A DNA stretch of 64,000 bases, from positions 86,292 to 150,291 of the forward strand of contig JBNRMV010000005.1 in NCBI GenBank assembly GCA_050309775.1, written 5' to 3'. Shown here in pieces: positions 60,697 through 64,000 of this stretch. This DNA is from Christensenellales bacterium. GTDB lineage: Bacteria; Bacillota; Clostridia; Christensenellales; DTU072. Made by a program: the position numbers and the translations under genes. The notes under the pieces are model-generated. The model was not told the origin of the DNA. It saw nothing but the letters and a program-made list of their open reading frames with translations, and did not search any database. The stretch's first letter is position 1. Every line of letters begins with the position of its first letter.

Positions 60697-61701
60697 TTAC
60701 TCCTTTAGTATTCTTATTGCGCCCTCGTCCACAAGGGTAGAAATGTCTTTTTGTTCGTCAAGGTTTTTGCGCACCAGAGTACTGCTGACTGCGCTTATCG
60801 CCGGCATGATTATTGTTGTCACGCCGCCGTTAAGGAAGTTGTATTCCGCCATTTGGCGCTCATACTCCATGTCCTCAGCGTTTCGTGCGCCTCTTAAAAT
60901 ATATTGTATATCATTTTTGCGGCAGTAGTCAATAGCCAAGCCGTCATAGCTGTCGACAATTATGTCATTTTTGTCGTCATTTAGCGCAGAGTTTATGATT
61001 TCCACACGCTTTTCAATGGAAAACCGCGCCGTTTTATCTTTGTTGATGAGCAAAACAATATAAATTGCCTCAAACCCGACTTCACGCGCCTTGCGCACAA
61101 GAGAATGATGCCCTGTCGTGAACGGGTCAAAAGTGCCTGTTATTGCCGCTCTTTTTTGCCGTCTATAAAAATCTATGGCGGACAGCGCATATTTGCGGCT
61201 GTCATTGTGCAAAAAGGCGGAACTTTCGGCTGCCGGGTACTGCTTGTCCCGTTCTATGGCGACTATGCCGCCATAAGCCAAAATGCCGGCTTTGCTCAAT
61301 TGTTCAAGGATTTTTTCGCCGGCGTTTTTGCCATATGGAGGGTCGGCAAAAACAACATTTAGACTCTCTCCCCTGTCCTTTAACAAATTCAGCGCCCTTT
61401 CGTAACTCATATGGAGTATTTCATAATTACCTTGAATGCCGCTCAGATTCTTTTTTATCAGCGCCACAGCTTGCGCACTTGTTTCGGCAAAATATACCTT
61501 TTTGGCACCCCTTGACAAGCATTCTATGCCTATTGCGCCGCTGCCCGAAAAGGCGTCAAGAAAGACGCATTGTTCGTCAATATGGTTATATAAAATATTG
61601 AACAACGCTTCCTTGGCTCTGTCCGTTGTCGGTCTTATGTCGGAACCTTGCGGCGGAGCAATGAGTTTTTTGCCGCGGTACTTGCCGCTTATTATCCTCA
61701 A
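60697..61701 (-). CDS. fusion protein: 16S rRNA (guanine966-N2)-methyltransferase RsmD plus phosphopantetheine adenylyltransferase CoaD
   Basis: The N-terminal half has MRIISGKYRGKKL...RPTTDRAKEALFNIL...DAFSGSGAIGIECLSRGA...VFADPPY (RsmD). The C-terminal half has AAITGTFDPFTTGHHSLVRKA...ILRGARNAEDMEYERQMA...SSTLVR (CoaD). No stop codon at the junction ...AIDFYRRQKRAAITG. TTG start after GGAGGAG. Confidence 0.85.
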   Translation of the reverse strand: MRIISGKYRGKKLIAPPQGSDIRPTTDRAKEALFNILYNHIDEQCVFLDAFSGSGAIGIECLSRGAKKVYFAETSAQAVALIKKNLSGIQGNYEILHMSYERALNLLKDRGESLNVVFADPPYGKNAGEKILEQLSKAGILAYGGIVAIERDKQYPAAESSAFLHNDSRKYALSAIDFYRRQKRAAITGTFDPFTTGHHSLVRKAREVGFEAIYIVLLINKDKTARFSIEKRVEIINSALNDDKNDIIVDSYDGLAIDYCRKNDIQYILRGARNAEDMEYERQMAEYNFLNGGVTTIIMPAISAVSSTLVRKNLDEQKDISTLVDEGAIRILKE

Positions 61702-62231
61702 AGCGTCTCCTCCTCTGTGATTATCATATCCATTTTTATGTCGTTGCTGTCGATTATTATGCCCATCAATTTTTGAATAGAGAAAGCCAGCGCAATTTTT
61801 TTGCCCGGGAAGCCTTGCAAAAATCTGTCATAATAGCCCTTACCCTGCCCCAATCTGTTGCGTTCAGCGTCAAACCCCACCAACGGAATTATGGCAATAT
61901 CGGGCATAAAATCGCTTATAACAGCGTTTTGCGGCTCTTTTATGCCGTACTTTCCTTTTGTTAGCGGTGTTATGGGAAATATCTCCGCAAGGCGCATTTC
62001 CTCCCTTGTGACGGGAACAAAAACTCTTTTGCCTTCCTTGAACGCACGCTCAACTATGGGAAAGGTGTCAACTTCTTTGTCGGTACTTAAATAAATAAAA
62101 ATGCTTTCTGCAAGTTCGTATTCTTCCAGTTCAAACAACTTTTTTGCAATAATTTCTGAAGATTTGTGGCGGTTGGTAAATTGCGCCGTTCTTTGGCGCA
62201 GTATTTGTCTTTGTTGCGTCTTGTCAGTCAT
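61698..62231 (-). CDS. 5-formyltetrahydrofolate cyclo-ligase
   Basis: IIPLVGFDAERNRLGQGKGYYDRFL signature. Start at ATG 62231 (ATGA overlap with the alr stop) rather than the track's 62402, which would lie inside alr. Confidence 0.85.
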   Translation of the reverse strand: MTDKTQQRQILRQRTAQFTNRHKSSEIIAKKLFELEEYELAESIFIYLSTDKEVDTFPIVERAFKEGKRVFVPVTREEMRLAEIFPITPLTKGKYGIKEPQNAVISDFMPDIAIIPLVGFDAERNRLGQGKGYYDRFLQGFPGKKIALAFSIQKLMGIIIDSNDIKMDMIITEEETL

Positions 62232-63277
62232 AAGTAAAAAATCCTCTTCATTCGCCCTTTGAAAGCCGTCATAATGACATATGGTATGGTGCCGCAGTGC
62301 GCCGCCATTGCTTCGGCATCGTTTTCTTCGCCCAAAAGCACTACCTCGTCGCCCTCGCTTGCGGATATGCCGTCCAGAATGACAAACGAAAGGTCCATAC
62401 AAATGCTTCCGATAAGGCGGGTAAAACAGCCGTTTACAAGCACTTTGAATCCGCTTGCCGCGCGGCTTATGCCGTCAAAATAACCGCCCCTTATAATACC
62501 TATTTTACCATCTTTTTCTGCAACATACAAGCCCGAATAGCCTACTTTATCCCCGGCGCGCACATTTTTGATACAGATTATCGGCGCCGTCACGCTCATA
62601 GCCTTACGCAGACAAAACGCCTGCGAACGGTTGGGCATATATCCGTACATAATCAGTCCGGTACGCACCTCGTCATATAAGAACCTTGCGCCATACATAA
62701 GCCCGGAGCTTGCGGAGGCGTTTTTGGGCAGTATTCCTGTTTTTTCCTCAATAATAGAACAGTATTTTTCAAACCTTTTGGCTTGTATCAGAATATTGTC
62801 AAAATCTGAATGAGCAAAATGCGTTGACAGCGAACAAACTTTCAAGCGGTTATTTTTTATCATTTCCGCAGCGGCTTTGACGGTCTCCAACTCGTTTATG
62901 CCCATTCTGTTCATGCCGCTGTCAAGTTTCAGGTCTATTCCTGTTTGCGGGTACTGCACCGCCACCTTTTCAAGCGTTGCCAAATCCCCTACCATAGGAC
63001 ATAAATTAAAAGTGACGGCTTGTTGCAGTTCCTCTGCGACAAATCCCGTCACCTTGATTGGTTTTTTTATGCCCAATTCGCGCAAGGCTATGCCTTCCTG
63101 CGCCGTACTGACACCAAAACAATCGATGTCGTCCTCAATATATTTTGTCAAAAGCATACCATGATTGTACGCTTCCGCCTTTACCATCGCCGTAAGCATT
63201 CTGCCGCCGATTGCCGCCCTTACCTTATGTATGTTGTGCCTTATTGCAGCAATATCCGTGTGTATGGTAAGTTTAAT
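62228..63277 (-). CDS. alr: alanine racemase (start codon non-canonical; ATT at 63277 proposed)
   Basis: PLP-Lys motif AMVKAEAYNHG is only 5 codons after the first ATG (63199). The in-frame upstream codons encode IKLTIHTDIAAIRHNIHKVRAAIGGR, the conserved Alr N-terminal strand/helix. GGAGG lies at 63282-63286. Confidence 0.8.
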   Translation of the reverse strand: MKLTIHTDIAAIRHNIHKVRAAIGGRMLTAMVKAEAYNHGMLLTKYIEDDIDCFGVSTAQEGIALRELGIKKPIKVTGFVAEELQQAVTFNLCPMVGDLATLEKVAVQYPQTGIDLKLDSGMNRMGINELETVKAAAEMIKNNRLKVCSLSTHFAHSDFDNILIQAKRFEKYCSIIEEKTGILPKNASASSGLMYGARFLYDEVRTGLIMYGYMPNRSQAFCLRKAMSVTAPIICIKNVRAGDKVGYSGLYVAEKDGKIGIIRGGYFDGISRAASGFKVLVNGCFTRLIGSICMDLSFVILDGISASEGDEVVLLGEENDAEAMAAHCGTIPYVIMTAFKGRMKRIFYL

Positions 63278-63292
63278 CAGACCTCCGAATAT

Positions 63293-63715
63293 TTATAATA
63301 TATTGCGGTCTATCAGGTCTATGCCATTATCCTTCAATACTTTTGCGACAAAGTCGTTGTCGTCCACCTTGATGAGTATGATTGCCTTTTTCTCCGTCGG
63401 TCTGACAAAGGAATAAAGATAGCCGATGTTTATGCCCTCTTTGGCAAGTATGTCAATAACCCTCTGCATTGCGCCCGGCTTGTCGTCAACTTCAAAGCCC
63501 ACAAGGTAGGTGGATGCGATGTTAAAACCGCATTCTTTAAGCACCTTAGCCGCCTTTTCGTTGTCGTCCGTAATTACTCTCAAAATTCCATAATCGGTAG
63601 TATCGGCTATTGACATGGCTATCATGTTGATGTTTGCGCCGGCTAAGCACGCAGCAAATTCGTTTATTCTGCCTGCGCGGTTTTCTAAAAATACTGCTAT
63701 TTGGTTTACAAACAT
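63293..63715 (-). CDS. ACT-domain protein (pair of ACT domains, PaaK-associated type)
   Basis: MFVNQIAVFLENRAGRINEF and VGFEVDDKPGAMQRVIDILAKEGINI are ACT-type beta-alpha-beta units. AGGAGG SD. Confidence 0.8.
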   Translation of the reverse strand: MFVNQIAVFLENRAGRINEFAACLAGANINMIAMSIADTTDYGILRVITDDNEKAAKVLKECGFNIASTYLVGFEVDDKPGAMQRVIDILAKEGINIGYLYSFVRPTEKKAIILIKVDDNDFVAKVLKDNGIDLIDRNIL

Positions 63716-63757
63716 AAATCCTCCTAATTTAATCTATTCTTAATAGTGCGGTTTTTA

Positions 63758-64000
63758 TTATAGTTTCCTTTTATCGGTTACCCTTTGCGCCTTGCCTTCG
63801 CTGCGCTTTATGCTGCCGCTGGATACCAACCTGATTTCTGCGTTGATGCCTATGGCGGAACTGATTTCCGCAACAAGCCGCTTTTTCAGGCTTTCTATTT
63901 TCTTTATTTCGTCAAATGCCACAGCGTCTGCAAGTTCAATATCAATTTGCATTGTGTCAAGAGTGTTTATTCTGTCCACCGTTATATGATAATGCAAAGC
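63758..64000 (-). CDS. phenylacetate--CoA ligase-family (PaaK-like) enzyme, C-terminal about 80 codons (gene continues past window end)
   Basis: C-terminal domain sequence ...IEVRLVSSGSIKRSEGKAQRVTDKR and the adjacent ACT gene match the usual PaaK-like/ACT pair. Confidence 0.7.
   Translation of the reverse strand, partial: ALHYHITVDRINTLDTMQIDIELADAVAFDEIKKIESLKKRLVAEISSAIGINAEIRLVSSGSIKRSEGKAQRVTDKRKL

Noticed and set aside
63277-63715. ACT-Alr fusion by stop-codon read-through (same reading frame)
   Set aside because: A strong GGAGG sits between the TAA and the conserved Alr N-terminus, and TAA is the most efficient stop. Independent initiation at a near-cognate codon is more parsimonious. 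It is kept only as an alternative in the alr finding.
1-64000. Alternative genetic code (stop-codon reassignment)
   Set aside because: TAA, TAG and TGA each terminate well-conserved proteins at the expected length: TAA for the giant lipoprotein and oadB, TAG for the 42219-42824 membrane protein, and TGA for tsaC, alr and bioY. The standard bacterial code fits.

Overview
This 64-kb chromosomal segment reads like an anaerobic Bacillota (Clostridia-type) genome. It has Rnf, rubredoxin, a Na+-decarboxylase beta subunit, a PaaK-ACT pair, RNase J and frequent TTG starts.

I support about 44 protein-coding genes, all but four on the minus strand. There are two tRNAs (Glu-CUC on +, Ser-GCU on -). I also mapped several sigma-A-type promoters, rho-independent terminators and one repressor-operator palindrome by eye. 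I found no rRNA, CRISPR array, intact mobile element, reverse transcriptase or recognisable defence genes.

Housekeeping genes are interleaved with four very large predicted surface proteins. The housekeeping set is the rnfC 5' part, tsaC/sua5, glmS, rnj, alr, an rsmD-coaD fusion, 5-formyl-THF cyclo-ligase, an RluA-type synthase, bioY, and an ACT protein plus the 3' end of a PaaK-like ligase. The surface proteins are 3,776, about 1,590, 980 and 2,156 aa, roughly 25.5 kb or 40% of the window. They are built from Ig-like (Big_3-type), MBG/YGX-type, GLUG, BspA-type LRR and ConA/LamG-like modules.

Two compact metabolic cassettes of unassigned function sit between them:
- class-III aminotransferase, FGGY kinase, and a class-II aldolase with a metal-site-dead paralog
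- PfkB kinase, a small beta-rich protein, a PHP phosphoesterase and a GDPD-like protein

I did not find a self-contained new system of the defence or mobile type. The best candidates for new biology are:
1. the lipid- or tail-anchored giant adhesin set and its unusual modules
2. the aminotransferase-kinase-aldolase cassette
3. an alanine racemase with no canonical start codon, lying in frame directly after the upstream stop
4. a catalytically dead IS200-like Y1 transposase fused to two DnaA-C-like HTH modules
5. an RsmD-CoaD gene fusion

All domain calls come from reading motifs in the translations. No database search was run.
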